Part shown: positions 49,614-60,372 of the stretch, piece by piece
How the letters are laid out: every line of letters starts with the position of its first letter
How positions within the stretch are numbered: position 1 is the first letter of the stretch
NCBI GenBank assembly: GCA_965263185.1
Contig: OZ253588.1
Coordinates: forward strand, 1,863,369 to 1,927,368
Length of the DNA: 64,000 nucleotides
Reading direction: 5' to 3'
Origin: Dehalococcoidia bacterium
GTDB taxonomy: Bacteria; Chloroflexota; Dehalococcoidia; Lucifugimonadales; UBA2985
Notes under the pieces: generated by a model
Databases searched by the model: none
Told to the model about the DNA's origin: nothing
The model's input: the letters and a program-made list of their open reading frames with translations, nothing else
Position numbers and translations under genes: made by a program

Positions 49614-51318
49614 CCCGAATCCACCGAAGGACACGGATGGGCGGCGTGAGGACCGGAGAAGGGGGATGAGAGAGCTACAGGGGAGATGGCCTGGGCTCGA
49701 TTGGGGTAGATGGGAGGTCGGCGGAGGGACTTCAGTCACCGCACAGGCCCCCAATGGCCGTCTGCGGGAGCTGGGATGCGCGGGATGGCAAGAGAATAGG
49801 CAGCAGGGAACTCCCGCGGAGCTGGTTGGTGCGAGTTGGCGGGGACGTTGGGTCAGTGGCGGAGGGCGCCGTCAGGCTGGGAGTGGAATGGCTCGCAGCC
49901 GGGCCAGGGCGCGACTGAACTGGGTATCCCAGGGCCAGCGCCGGGGAAGATGCAGGGTCAATCGGCGTGCCGAGCGAGTGAGCCGTCCGGCCAAGGCGAA
50001 GACCCGTCGTCTGAGGGTCTTGGTGGTCACGATCTGCTCACCCAGGCCGATGCGGGCTGTCCAGCGGGCCAGGTTGTGTGCCATCACCTGTACCGCCAGC
50101 CAGGCTCCGTTGGCGGCGAAGCGGCCGGACGGCATGTGGTTCAGTCCGACACCGTACTTGAGGTCGCGTATCGCATTCTCGATCTCGGCGTGACGGCGAT
50201 GATCAGCCTCCAGTTCGAGCATCTCCCCATCGCGGTCGGTGATGAAGCCGTGATAGCTGTAGGTGGCGAAGAGGGCCAACTGGGAACCGGGCGTGGGTTT
50301 CACCCGCCGGACGATGAGCCGCACCGGCGCGGCGTCGGGCTCACTCTGGAAGGGGATATAGGTGGTCTCTGCCACATCGGCGGCGCCGTCCATCCAGTAG
50401 GGAATGGGAGTCCAGTCCTCTTCTGGTATGGCCTCGATGACATTGTGCAGGCTTTTGTGCTGGCGGATGGTGATGGAGAAGCGGACATCCATCTTGCGGC
50501 AGACGGATACCACGCTATGAGCGTAGAAGCCGCTGTCGGCCCGCATCGTGAGTTGTCCCCTGGCCCCGGCGTAGCGCACCCGCCCCACCGTCTCACGCAG
50601 GAAGTGGGCGGCGCCGCGGGCGGTGTTGGCCCGGCCCTCGCGCAGCCGGGCCATCAGCACGTCTCCGGTTCCGGCGGCGACGGCCAGCAGCGGGTGATAG
50701 CCCCGCTGACCGGTGTAACCATGGTGGCGCGCCCCTTCCTTGGCCAGTCCATAGGTCTCGCAGATGGTGGAGTCCAGGTCGATGGTCAGGGGCCCGTCGC
50801 CGGGTCCGGCCCCGGCAGCCCAGGCCCGGGCCAGCAACTCCCGGCTAACCCGGTCCAGTTGGCGGACATGGCCCCACCTGAAGCTGCGCAGGAAGGCGCC
50901 CAGGGTGGAGGGAGCCTTAGCCGTGAAACCGAGAACGCGGGCGGTCCCGCCGGCGCGTAGCACATCGGCGTCGTCGATGCAGTCGCCACCGGCCAACGCG
51001 GAGGCCACCAGCGTCATCATCTTGTCACCGGTGTTGGCTCTGCCTTTTGCATGGCCCAGGTCCAGGTGCCGGTCAACCAGTTGGGGCAGGCCAAGGCGCA
51101 GGGCCAGGGTGGACGGAAGAATCAGCCCGGCATTGGCCACCAGGCGGTGATCATCGAAGGCGATGCGGATGCGGTCGGGTTGGTGGCGTGGTAGCATCTA
51201 TTGGGTGCTCCTTTTCCGGGACTGGTTTGCTGTTACAAAACCATTATCCCAGATTCAGAGGAGCACCCTTTGGCCACTTCAGGACGCTGACCCGACGCCC
51301 TCCTTCGGTGGATTCGGG
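49614..51318 (-). mobile_element. IS1380 copy 3 (transposase 49872-51197)
   Basis: TIRs; TSD GTAAG on both sides; inserted in IS3-B orfB. Confidence 0.93.
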
Positions 51319-52080
51319 GTAAGGAGTACCATCGCAAGACCACCGCCCCCACCAGATGTGGGCCACCGACGCCTCCTACTTCAGTGTGGTGGGTTGGGGC
51401 TACTACTACCTGGTCACCGTCATGGACGACTACTCCCGCTTCATCCTGGCTTACAGGCTTCAGCGGGACATGACATCCGACTCCTTCATAGAGGTGGCCC
51501 AGGATGCGGTGGACCGAACGGGCATGGATCTGGTCCCAATAACGGACCGGACCAGGCTGCTGAGCGACAACGGACCGGGTTACGTGTCAAGGGCCTTCAG
51601 GGACTACCTGGGGATGGTGGGCATCAGGCACATCCTGGCAGCCCCTTTCCATCCTCAGACCAACGGCAAGCTGGAGCGCTACCACCAGACCCTCAAGCGG
51701 GACGTGAACCAGTTGCCCTATGAGTTACCCTCGGACCTGGAGGCGGCCATCGTGGCCTTCGTCAGCTACCACAACTACCGGCGCTATCACAAGGCCCTGG
51801 GGAACGTCACACCCTCAGACGTGCTCAGGTGCAGACGCCAGGAGATCCAACGACGCAGAAGGGAGGTGCAGGTGACCTTACCCCCGAAGACAGCACAACA
51901 GGGGAATCTGGGAGCTTACAAGACCTCCATAAAACCCCTGATCTCTCTGGTCTCAAAGTGTGCCATTCTTGCTGGTTGCCAACAGCTCGGGGTCGCAATT
52001 GCAGGACTTCCACATAGAGATCCTGAACCGGAATCTTCTTAAGCTCCCATTGGAAACCGGGGGCAGGACGCGGACTTTCG

Positions 52081-53145
52081 CTACTCGCAGACTACCCCGT
52101 CGCCGTCGCCGTCATTCATGTATGGGTAAGCCGGATGGTCCGAACGCACGGGCGCTATCCCGTGGGCCCGCGCTTCCGCGCAGGAAATGCGCCCGTTGCC
52201 GTTGTCATCGTACACGGCTAGAGGATCGGCAACGGGAGTGGGGTAGGGTGTAGCAGTGGAGGGGCTGGCGGTGGCGTCACTGATCATCATTTCAATCGAT
52301 GAGCATCCAGACAGCACAGTCTCAAGGGCGTCGGCTTCTGTCTCGTCTATGGTGAGCTGGTATTCCTGGCGAACCTGCGCGACTCGGTCTGCAAACCAGC
52401 ATTGGTTGAGGTCCGGAAGCCATTCCGCGGCGTCTTTTGCGCTCTTCTGGTGACGGTTGACCTCCGGGCTGGCCAGCGTAAGGTTGAGCAGGTCGGAGGC
52501 AAACCGCTTCTTGGTCTCAGCATCCGCAGCGCACAAGCCGCTATCGTGGGCCTCGGAGCGTGCAACGATGTGCTCAATGTCAGTCTGGCTTGTATCTTCG
52601 AAATGGGTTCCGGTGTAGGGGCCGTAGATTAGGCCATTCAGTTCCTCGACTATGCGATTCTCAACCGACTGACTGTAGGGATAGTCGTCAGAGTCGTACG
52701 GTGAACATCGCTCTTCCGGAGCCACTACCAGGCTGCGCCAAGTACCCGGTAATGGCTGCGGGGTCCAAGTCGGGCTTGTATCTTCAACTGGCTGCTGTGT
52801 CCCAATGGCCTCATTTGTCGGTGTCGGCGGTAGGGTAGGGGTATTCGCAACAGAGGGAGCAAGAGTAGGGGACGGCGCCTCAGCCGGAGTATGAGTTGGA
52901 GCCGGCGCCGGTGTCGGCAGGGATGTTGATTCCATCGGTGACGGGATCGCCGTACTGGTCTCAATGGCAACCAGAGTGGGACTAGCCCCACTCTGGTTCT
53001 CCGTGGCATTTTCCGAACATCCGGCGAGGATTCCGAAGAGAATTATGACCGCAAATATGAAGCGCAAGAGCACACCTTTAGCGCTGGATTTGGATTTGAA
53101 GTCTAAACTAGAGCTATGGGTATGTAAATGCGAATGGATGGGCAT
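52081..53145 (-). CDS. Lipoprotein with DUF1524 (HNH-type) nuclease and Excalibur Ca-binding domains
   Basis: Lipobox LAGC; TDIEHIVARSEA..NLTLASPEVNRHQKS; SCAEARAHG..Y..MNDGDGDGVVCE. The real start is probably downstream of 53145. Confidence 0.8.
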   Translation of the reverse strand: MPIHSHLHTHSSSLDFKSKSSAKGVLLRFIFAVIILFGILAGCSENATENQSGASPTLVAIETSTAIPSPMESTSLPTPAPAPTHTPAEAPSPTLAPSVANTPTLPPTPTNEAIGTQQPVEDTSPTWTPQPLPGTWRSLVVAPEERCSPYDSDDYPYSQSVENRIVEELNGLIYGPYTGTHFEDTSQTDIEHIVARSEAHDSGLCAADAETKKRFASDLLNLTLASPEVNRHQKSAKDAAEWLPDLNQCWFADRVAQVRQEYQLTIDETEADALETVLSGCSSIEMMISDATASPSTATPYPTPVADPLAVYDDNGNGRISCAEARAHGIAPVRSDHPAYPYMNDGDGDGVVCE

Positions 53146-53153
53146 CTTCTAAG

Positions 53154-54859
53154 CCCCAATCCACCGAACGGGCGCGTCTGAAAGGCCTCCTGAAGAAGCA
53201 AAAGGGTGCTTCACTGAATCTGGGATAATGGTTTTGTAACGGCAACCCGACCCCAGAGAAGGAGCACCCAATAGATGCTACCACGCAACCACCTCGACCG
53301 CATCCGAGTCGCCTTTGACGATCACCGCCTGGTGGCCAATGCCGGCCTGCTCCTCCCAGCCACCTTGGCACTGCACCTCGGCCTTTCCCAACTGGTTGAC
53401 CGGCGCCTGGACCTGGGCCATGCAAAAGGCAGAGCCAACACCGGTGACAAGATAATGACGCTGGTGGCCTCTGCGTTGGCCGGTGGCGACTGCATCGACG
53501 ACGCCGATGCGCTGCGAGCTGGGGGGACGGCCGGTGTTCTCGACTGCCTGGTCAAGGCGCCATCCACACTGGGCACCTTCCTGCGCAGCTTTCGCTGGGG
53601 CCACGTCCGCCAACTGGACCGGGTGAGCCGCGAGTTGCTGGCCCGGGCCTGGGCGGCTGGGGCTGGACCCGGCGACGCACCCTTGACAATCGACCTCGAT
53701 TCCACCATCTGCGAGACCTACGGACTGGCCAAGCAAGGGGCCCGCCATCACGGCTACACCGGTCAGCGGGGCTATCACCCGCTGCTGGCCATCGCCGCCG
53801 GAACCGGCGACGTGCTGATGGCCCGGCTGCGCGAGGGCCGCGCCAACACTGCCCGCGGCGCTGCCCACTTCCTGCGTGAAACGGTGAGCCGGGTTCGCTA
53901 CGGCGGGGCCAGGGGACAACTCACGGCGCCGGCCGACAGCGGCTTCTACGCTCATAGCGTGGTATCCGTCTGCCGCAAGATGGATGTCCGCTTCTCCATC
54001 ACCATCCGCCAGCACAAAAGCCTGCACAATGTCATCGAGGCCATACCTGAAGATGCCTGGACGCCGATTCCCTACTGGATGGACGGCGCCGCCGATGTGG
54101 CAGAGACCACCTATATTCCCTTCCAGAGTGAGCCCGACGCCGCGCCGGTGCGGCTCATCGTCCGGCGGGTGAAGCCCACGCCCGGTTCCCAGTTGGCCCT
54201 CTTCGCCACCTACAGCTATCACGGCTTCATCACCGACCGCGATGGGGAGATGCTCGAACTGGAGGCCGATCATCGCCGCCACGCCGAGATCGAGAATGCG
54301 ATACGCGACCTCAAGTACGGTGTCGGACTGAACCACATGCCGTCCGGCCGCTTCGCCGCCAACGGCGCCTGGCTGGCGGTACAGGTGATGGCGCACAACC
54401 TGGCCCGCTGGACAGCCCGCATCGGCCTGGGTGAACGGATCGCGACTACCAAGACACTCAGACGACGGGTCTTCGCCCTAGCCGGACGGATCACCCGCTC
54501 GGCGCGCCGCCTCACCCTGCATCTTCCCCAGCGCTGGCCCTGGGAAACCCAGTTCAATCGAGCCCTGGCCCGGCTGCGAGCCATTCCACTCCCAGCCTGA
54601 CGGCGCCCGTCCGCCACTGACCCAACGTCCCTGCCAACTCGCGCCACCCTGGTCCGCGGGAGTTCCCTGCTGCCTATTCTATTGCCATCCCGCGCATCCC
54701 AGCTCCCGCAGACGGCCATTGGGGGCCTGTGCGGTGACTCAAGACCCTCCGCCGACCTCCCATTTACCCCAATCGAGACCAGGCCATCTCCCCTGTAGCT
54801 CTCTCATCCCCCTTCTCCGGTCCTCACGCCGCCCATCCGTGTCCTTCGGTGGATTCGGG
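53154..54859 (+). mobile_element. IS1380 copy 4 (transposase 53275-54600)
   Basis: TIRs; flanks CTAAG and ATAAG do not match. Confidence 0.92.
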
Positions 54860-54869
54860 ATAAGGTCTT

Positions 54870-56121
54870 CAAGAGAGTAGCGTGTCGCGTGTGCCTGAGC
54901 GTGGCGCGGCGCGTGTGTATGTGTATGTGTATGAGAGTAGCGCGTGTGTGTGAGTGTGAGTGGGCGTGGCGCGTGTGTGTGAGTGAAAGTGGCGCGCCCT
55001 CCGAGGACTTAGATGAGCGGTGGCAGAAGATTCTTGAACAGCAGGCCAAGGCCCAACAGGAGCGCAAGACTGGACAGAGGCGTCGCGCCTCTCGCCGCGC
55101 TGGTAAGAAGATGCGGAGTTACAAGCTCCCTGAGATAGTGGTTGTCCAAGACGGTGGTGGTGGGAGAAGGCGCCTGGGTTAGGGTCAAACTGTGTGTGTG
55201 TGTGAGAGTTAAAGCATCTCGCGCGCAGATATAATATAAGAGAGTTTATAATCAGTGAAAAAAATCCAGATGTTCTAATGGGGGGTAAGGAGGTAAGCGA
55301 CCGTGACCCTTTTAGTTGACCCGCCAGAGTTAGCTCAGTATGCCAAGAGGGGGGACCCTCATATAGACCAGTGGCCAGGGCAGCCCGTCAATAGGCTCGC
55401 TATCAAGGTTGCCTTTTAACGCCTCGCCGTCCAGGACCTCCGGTATATCTGGCCGCGCCCTAATCATCGTTGATCCTTTTTGGCGTTTCACAACCGCCGT
55501 CATTGGCCGCTGCGCTGCGCATTCACGACTTGAGAGACGACCTCACCTGGGTGGCCAAATCTGTGTCTCATCTCCGTGTTGGCCTGCCGGCGCTGAGCAT
55601 ACATCTCAAGGTTGCGCTCCACTCAGCGGGGCATCCCGTCCCCGTTCCCGGCGTACACCCACATGGAATGATTACTCCCAGTCACTCCCTCCGGGGCTGT
55701 TGACCCACGCGGCCGTGGCGCCGAGGCTGCTCCCAGTCGCCGCCGTTGGCCGCCATGCCGGGGTAGCCCCGGGCCTCTGGGGACATCCTCCCGCTGCAAT
55801 CCCCCCGCCGATGGGGACGTATACTCTCGTCCAGGACCATCGCGGCCCCTGCGGATGGCCCATGGACTGGGGTAGAGGCGAAGGGAGACGCGGGAGTAGT
55901 AGTCTTGGTAGGGCAGAGTGATCTGCGGTGGCGTAGCAGCCTTGTACGGGTCATGCGCTGTTCTGAGAACGGGGACTCCTTGAAGGATCTCGGCTGCGCT
56001 CTGCTGAGACCGGCGCTCACCGTGTTTCTCGGGAAACCCGCTGGATCTCTGGACGCTCACGCTGCATCAGCCGTTGATTCAGGCAAGCCGGAGAAGAAAG
56101 GCGCCCGCCCCGCGACTCCGC
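54870..56121 (+). repeat. Module copy Y: RY-rich repeats, ORF 54889-55182, (TG)7 at 55191, AT-rich tract and core
   Basis: Homologous to 17278-18449 (inverted); the arm is also homologous to 56270-58348. Confidence 0.85.
54889..55182 (+). CDS. Small hypothetical protein (three paralogues in window)
   Basis: Conserved core EDLDERWQKILEQQAKAQQERKTGQRRRASRRA..YKLPEIV.V.DGGGGRRRLG*. Confidence 0.5.
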   Translation: MCLSVARRVCMCMCMRVARVCECEWAWRVCVSESGAPSEDLDERWQKILEQQAKAQQERKTGQRRRASRRAGKKMRSYKLPEIVVVQDGGGGRRRLG

Positions 56122-56269
56122 ACTTGGCGGCTCTTAACGGTCTTGCCCGATTTTGTTGGTTGCTAACAGTTTGCATCTGCGCGGTGGTGGCGCTCCTTTC
56201 TGCCGGGAGTCCCCGTCCCTTAATGGACGGGGCTTCCTGGTGTCGGGGCCGCAGATCCGTGCCCCCCAA

Positions 56270-58348
56270 CTCAATTAGAACATCTGGATTTTTCCCGCTA
56301 ATTCTAAACTCTCTTATATTATATCTGCGCGTGATAGGGGTTTAACATATACACACACACACAGTTTTACCCTAACCCAGGCGTCTTCTCCCTCCACCAC
56401 CGTCTTTGACAATCACTATCTCAGGGAGCTTGTAGTTCTGCTGCTTACCCCCAATCCACCGAACGGGCGCGTGTGAAAGGCCTCCTGAAGAAGCAAAAGG
56501 GCGCTCCACTGAATCTGGGATAATGGTTTTGTAACAGGAAACCGACCCCAGAAAAGGAGCACCCAATAGATGCTACCACGCAATCACCCTGACCGCATCC
56601 AAGTCGCCTTCGACGATCACCGCCTGGTGGCCAATGCCGGGCTGATTCTTCCGTCCACCCTCGCCCTGCGCCTTGGCCTGCCCCAACTGGTTGACCGGCG
56701 CCTGGACCTGGGCCATGCAAAAGGCAGAGCCAACACCGGTGACAAGATAATGACGCTGGTGGCCTCTGCGTTGGCCGGTGGCGACTGCATCGACGACGCC
56801 GATGCGCTGCGAGCCGGTGGGACGGCCGGTGTTCTCGACTGCCTGGTCAAGGCTCCCTCCACACTGGGCGCCTTCCTGCGCAGCTTCAGGTGGGGCCACG
56901 TCCGCCAACTGGACCGGGTGAGCCGCGAGTTGCTGGCACGGGCATGGCAGGCCGGAGCCGGACCCGGCGACGCACCCTTAACTATCGACCTCGATTCCAC
57001 CGTCTGCGAGACCTACGGACTGGACAAGGAAGGGGCGCGACACCATGGTTACACCGGCAAGCGGGGCTATCACCCGCTGCTGGCCGTCGCCGCCGGAACC
57101 GGAGACGTGCTGATGGCCCGCCTGCGCGAGGGCCGCGCCAACACTGCCCGCGGCGCTGCCCACTTCCTGCGTGAGACGGTGGGGCGGGTGCGCTACGCCG
57201 GAGCCAGGGGACAACTCACGGCGCGGGCCGACAGCGGCTTCTACGCTCATAGCGTGGTATCCGTCTGCCGCAAGATGGATGTCCGCTTCTCCATCACCCT
57301 CCGCCAGCACAAAAGCCTGCACAATGTCATCGAGGCCATACCTGAAGATGCCTGGACGCCGATTCCCTACTGGATGGACGGCGCCGCCGATGTGGCAGAG
57401 ACCACCTATATCCCCTTCCAGAGTGAGCCCGACGCCGCGCCGGTGCGGCTCATCGTCCGGCGGGTGAAGCCCACGCCCGGTTCCCAGTTGGCCATCTTCG
57501 CCACCTACAGCTATCACGGCTTCATCACCGACCGCGATGGGGAGATGCTCGAACTGGAGGCCGATCATCGCCGTCACGCCGAGATCGAGAATGCGATACG
57601 CGACCTCAAGTACGGTGTCGGACTGAACCACATGCCGTCCGGCCGCTTCGCCGCCAACGGCGCCTGGCTGGCAGTACAGGTGATGGCGCACAACCTGGCC
57701 CGCTGGACAGCCCGCATCGGCCTGGGTCAGCAGATCGTGACCACCAAGACCCTCAGACGACGGGTCTTTGCCTTGGCCGGACGGATCACCCGCTCGGCAC
57801 GCCGATTGACCCTGCATCTTCCCCGGCGCTGGCCCTGGGAGGAGCAGTTCAGCCGCGCCCTGGCCCGGCTGCGAGCCATTCCACTCCCAGCTTGACGGCG
57901 CCCTTCTGCCACTGACCCGTCATCCAACCCAACGTCCCCGCCAACTCGCGCCAGTCCGGTCCGCGAGCGCCTCTTGCCGTGTCCTATCCCGCCATCTCCC
58001 TCGCCACAGCCACTGTAAGCCGCCATCGGCGCCCCCAAAAGCGCCTGCGACCGCCGCCAACCTCCCATCTACCCGAATTCGAGCCCGGACCATCGCTTCT
58101 GTAACTTCCTCACCCTCCTTCCAGTGTCCTCACGCCGTCCATCAGTGTCCATCGGTGGATTCGGGCTTACCCTCAGCGCGGCGAGAGGCGCGCCGCCTCT
58201 GTCCAGTCTTGCGCTCCTGTTGGGCCTTGGCCTGCTGCTCAAGAATCTTCTGCCATCGCTCATCTAACTCATCCGAATGTGAGCCGTTTTCGGACATATT
58301 CACACACGCTGCGCGCTCAGGCATATTCACACACGCCGCGTCACTCAT
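56270..58348 (-). repeat. Module copy X (arm only), ORF split by IS1380 copy 5
   Basis: ORF halves 58348-58166 and 56448-56372; CA tract at 56351; AGATATAATATAAGAGAGTTT. Confidence 0.82.
56449..58165 (+). mobile_element. IS1380 copy 5 (transposase 56570-57895)
   Basis: TIRs; TSD CTTAC on both sides. Confidence 0.93.
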
Positions 58349-59087
58349 CGCCGGGTGAGCGGCGGCGCTTCATCTCGCCGCGGAGAGCGGCTGAGACTTG
58401 GGAATCACGCGCTCTTGCTTGACGCCGTCGTAGGGTGCGGGTGCACCTCTGCGGGTCGCCCTCCCTCCTCATCTTTGCCTTCAGCCCTCTGGAGCCCTCT
58501 GGAGCCGTTGGCCCCTAGCGGCTAGCGGGACGTCTAGGGGATGTCAGGACGTTGGCCGTCCCCGTGGCTGAGGCCCTGTTTGGGCTGCTAGCGACGTGAG
58601 CAAAGGGCGCCAATAACGCCCGTACAGCCCCTCTGAAGGTGCAACCAACTCCCCCCCCCCCAAATACTACCCAGGGCCCCATCCACGCCCTCCGTGCCAG
58701 CGATGCGCCAGCTGCGGGCATTCCAGCAATGTCCCGAGGGCCCGATCCGCGACCTGCCGTATCAAGCGCCTGCAAGTTGCCTTGAACTTGGTGGCGCCCA
58801 AGAGGCCGGTACATTTCACGGCTGTTTCCTCATGGTCAGCGGGATCGGCTCCTGCCAAGAGATAGTACAGGACTGCGAGAGGGTCAATGGCTACGCCCTA
58901 TCAGGTCACCGCTCATCCGATCGGTAGGCTCGGCTGGCGCTTCTAAGAGAACGAGTCGTCAGAACACCAGAATGGCGCTGGGCCAGTGTAATCTGGAGTG
59001 GAACCCGAGCCGGAGGGGGCACGATTGAGATTATCCCAGTCCCCCCGCCTGACGGCCCAAGGTCTCCGCCCTCTCCATTTCCGCGGG

Positions 59088-59936
59088 CTAATGGAGACCC
59101 AGCTTGTAATCACCATATGCTTTCAGCCATGCAGGGTTTCTGTCCATAAGTCGGCACCAAGTGATGGCGAGCGCAGCCATGGGCATTTTCCTCACCATAT
59201 GGAGACCGAAAAGCTTGTCTTCCTTGTGGAGTGGCCTGCGTCTGCGGACTGGTCTGTCCACGTTGGGGCATCTCTTCATGGCTTCCAAGACCACCTCATA
59301 CTCCTGTAGCGGGAGTTCGGGGTTCTTCTCGGTGTTGGGGGTGAAGGTCAGAAACTCTTGGAATTCGACCCTCGCCTCGCGCAGAAGGGGCCTGGCCAGG
59401 CGATTGTAACGCCTTCGAAGCTGCCCCTCTTTCCAAGGCACGGACCCGTGCATCAGCTCCCCCAGGGCCGCAAGCGCTGGGTTGTGGATGTCGCTGGCGA
59501 GGATTTTAAAGAAGGCGATGGTGGCCGCCCACACCTCAGGGGTTTCAGCCGCCATGGGGATGTAGTTGGAAAACCACTCGCGAATGCGCACGCTCCCGAT
59601 TTCAGTCGCGTTTTCGAGCAGCTGAAGGGTTCTCGCAGCCAGGTCGGGACTCATTCCCATGTCCAGAAGGTCACGCGCGGTCCAGTCCTGCTGCGCCTTA
59701 GATACCGGCTCGGCAATGCTGACCCGCGTCGCCGGGCCGGCAGAGGGGCGGCTGAGCAAGCCATTGCTCAACCACCGGCTCACCGTGCGCACCGAGACTC
59801 CTGCTTCACGAGCAATCTCGTAGTGGGTCTTCCCTTCGTCGAGTAGCGCCTGGATCTTGGCGATGTTGGCATAGAGTGGCACTGGGCGGTCTCCTTTGGG
59901 CCTGATACTGGCGTAAGCTGGCGTGTATTGGCGCAC
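59088..59936 (-). CDS. HTH-domain hypothetical protein, divergent from alpA
   Basis: ALLDEGKTHYEIAREAGVSVRTVSRWL helix-turn-helix; start uncertain. Confidence 0.7.
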   Translation of the reverse strand: MRQYTPAYASIRPKGDRPVPLYANIAKIQALLDEGKTHYEIAREAGVSVRTVSRWLSNGLLSRPSAGPATRVSIAEPVSKAQQDWTARDLLDMGMSPDLAARTLQLLENATEIGSVRIREWFSNYIPMAAETPEVWAATIAFFKILASDIHNPALAALGELMHGSVPWKEGQLRRRYNRLARPLLREARVEFQEFLTFTPNTEKNPELPLQEYEVVLEAMKRCPNVDRPVRRRRPLHKEDKLFGLHMVRKMPMAALAITWCRLMDRNPAWLKAYGDYKLGLH

Positions 59937-60104
59937 GTCAAATGGCGCACGATTGTTGGCGGTATTCTATCATACATATAGTGGCCAAAACAATTGCCGG
60001 CATCAGAGTTGCCAAGGGGGGTGGGTGATCCTTACACCCGTCCAGGTGTCCGCTCTGTAAGTTTGGCGCCAATGGCCGAATCAGGACAGAAAGGAGGTGG
60101 CGAT

Positions 60105-60290
60105 ATGCACAACAGACTGCTGAAGCGACGCCAGGTTGAGGAAATCACGGGCATAAGTCGCTCGTCGATCTACCGGCTCATGAAGAGTGGAGAGTTCCCA
60201 CAGCGCGTCAAGGTCGGCCGCAACGGCTCCAGGTGGAGGGAAAGCGACATCACGGCTTGGGTGGAGTCGCGGCCGGAAGCGAGGAGCTAG
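60105..60290 (+). CDS. alpA: AlpA-family regulator/excisionase
   Basis: RLLKRRQVEEITGISRSSIYRLMKSGEFPQRVKVG..RWRESDITAW; RBS AAGGAGG. Confidence 0.9.
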   Translation: MHNRLLKRRQVEEITGISRSSIYRLMKSGEFPQRVKVGRNGSRWRESDITAWVESRPEARS

Positions 60291-60372
60291 GTTGGCCCGC
60301 CCGATACGGCGTAGATGCGACCTGTACGACCGGAGCCACGGCTATATCTTGCTGTTTCGGCTTCCACTGAGG

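Larger units (their letters stand above)
47429..51984 (+). mobile_element. IS3-B full-length host element (orfA from 48848; orfB 49251-~51950) interrupted by IS110 and IS1380
   Basis: IRL TGTAGGTCGTCAGCG at 47429, IRR ..GGTTGCCAACA at 51984; A6 slip site ~49205; orfB rejoins as RLAAG/KEYHRKTTAPHQMWATD. Confidence 0.88.

Noticed and set aside
55176-55204. GGGTTAGGG plus TG run as a eukaryotic telomere seed
   Set aside because: Only 1.5 TTAGGG units, overlapping an ORF stop; kept only as part of the repeated module.
58651-58661. C11 homopolymer as a phase-variation switch
   Set aside because: Not within a credible ORF or identifiable promoter; may be a sequencing-length artefact.
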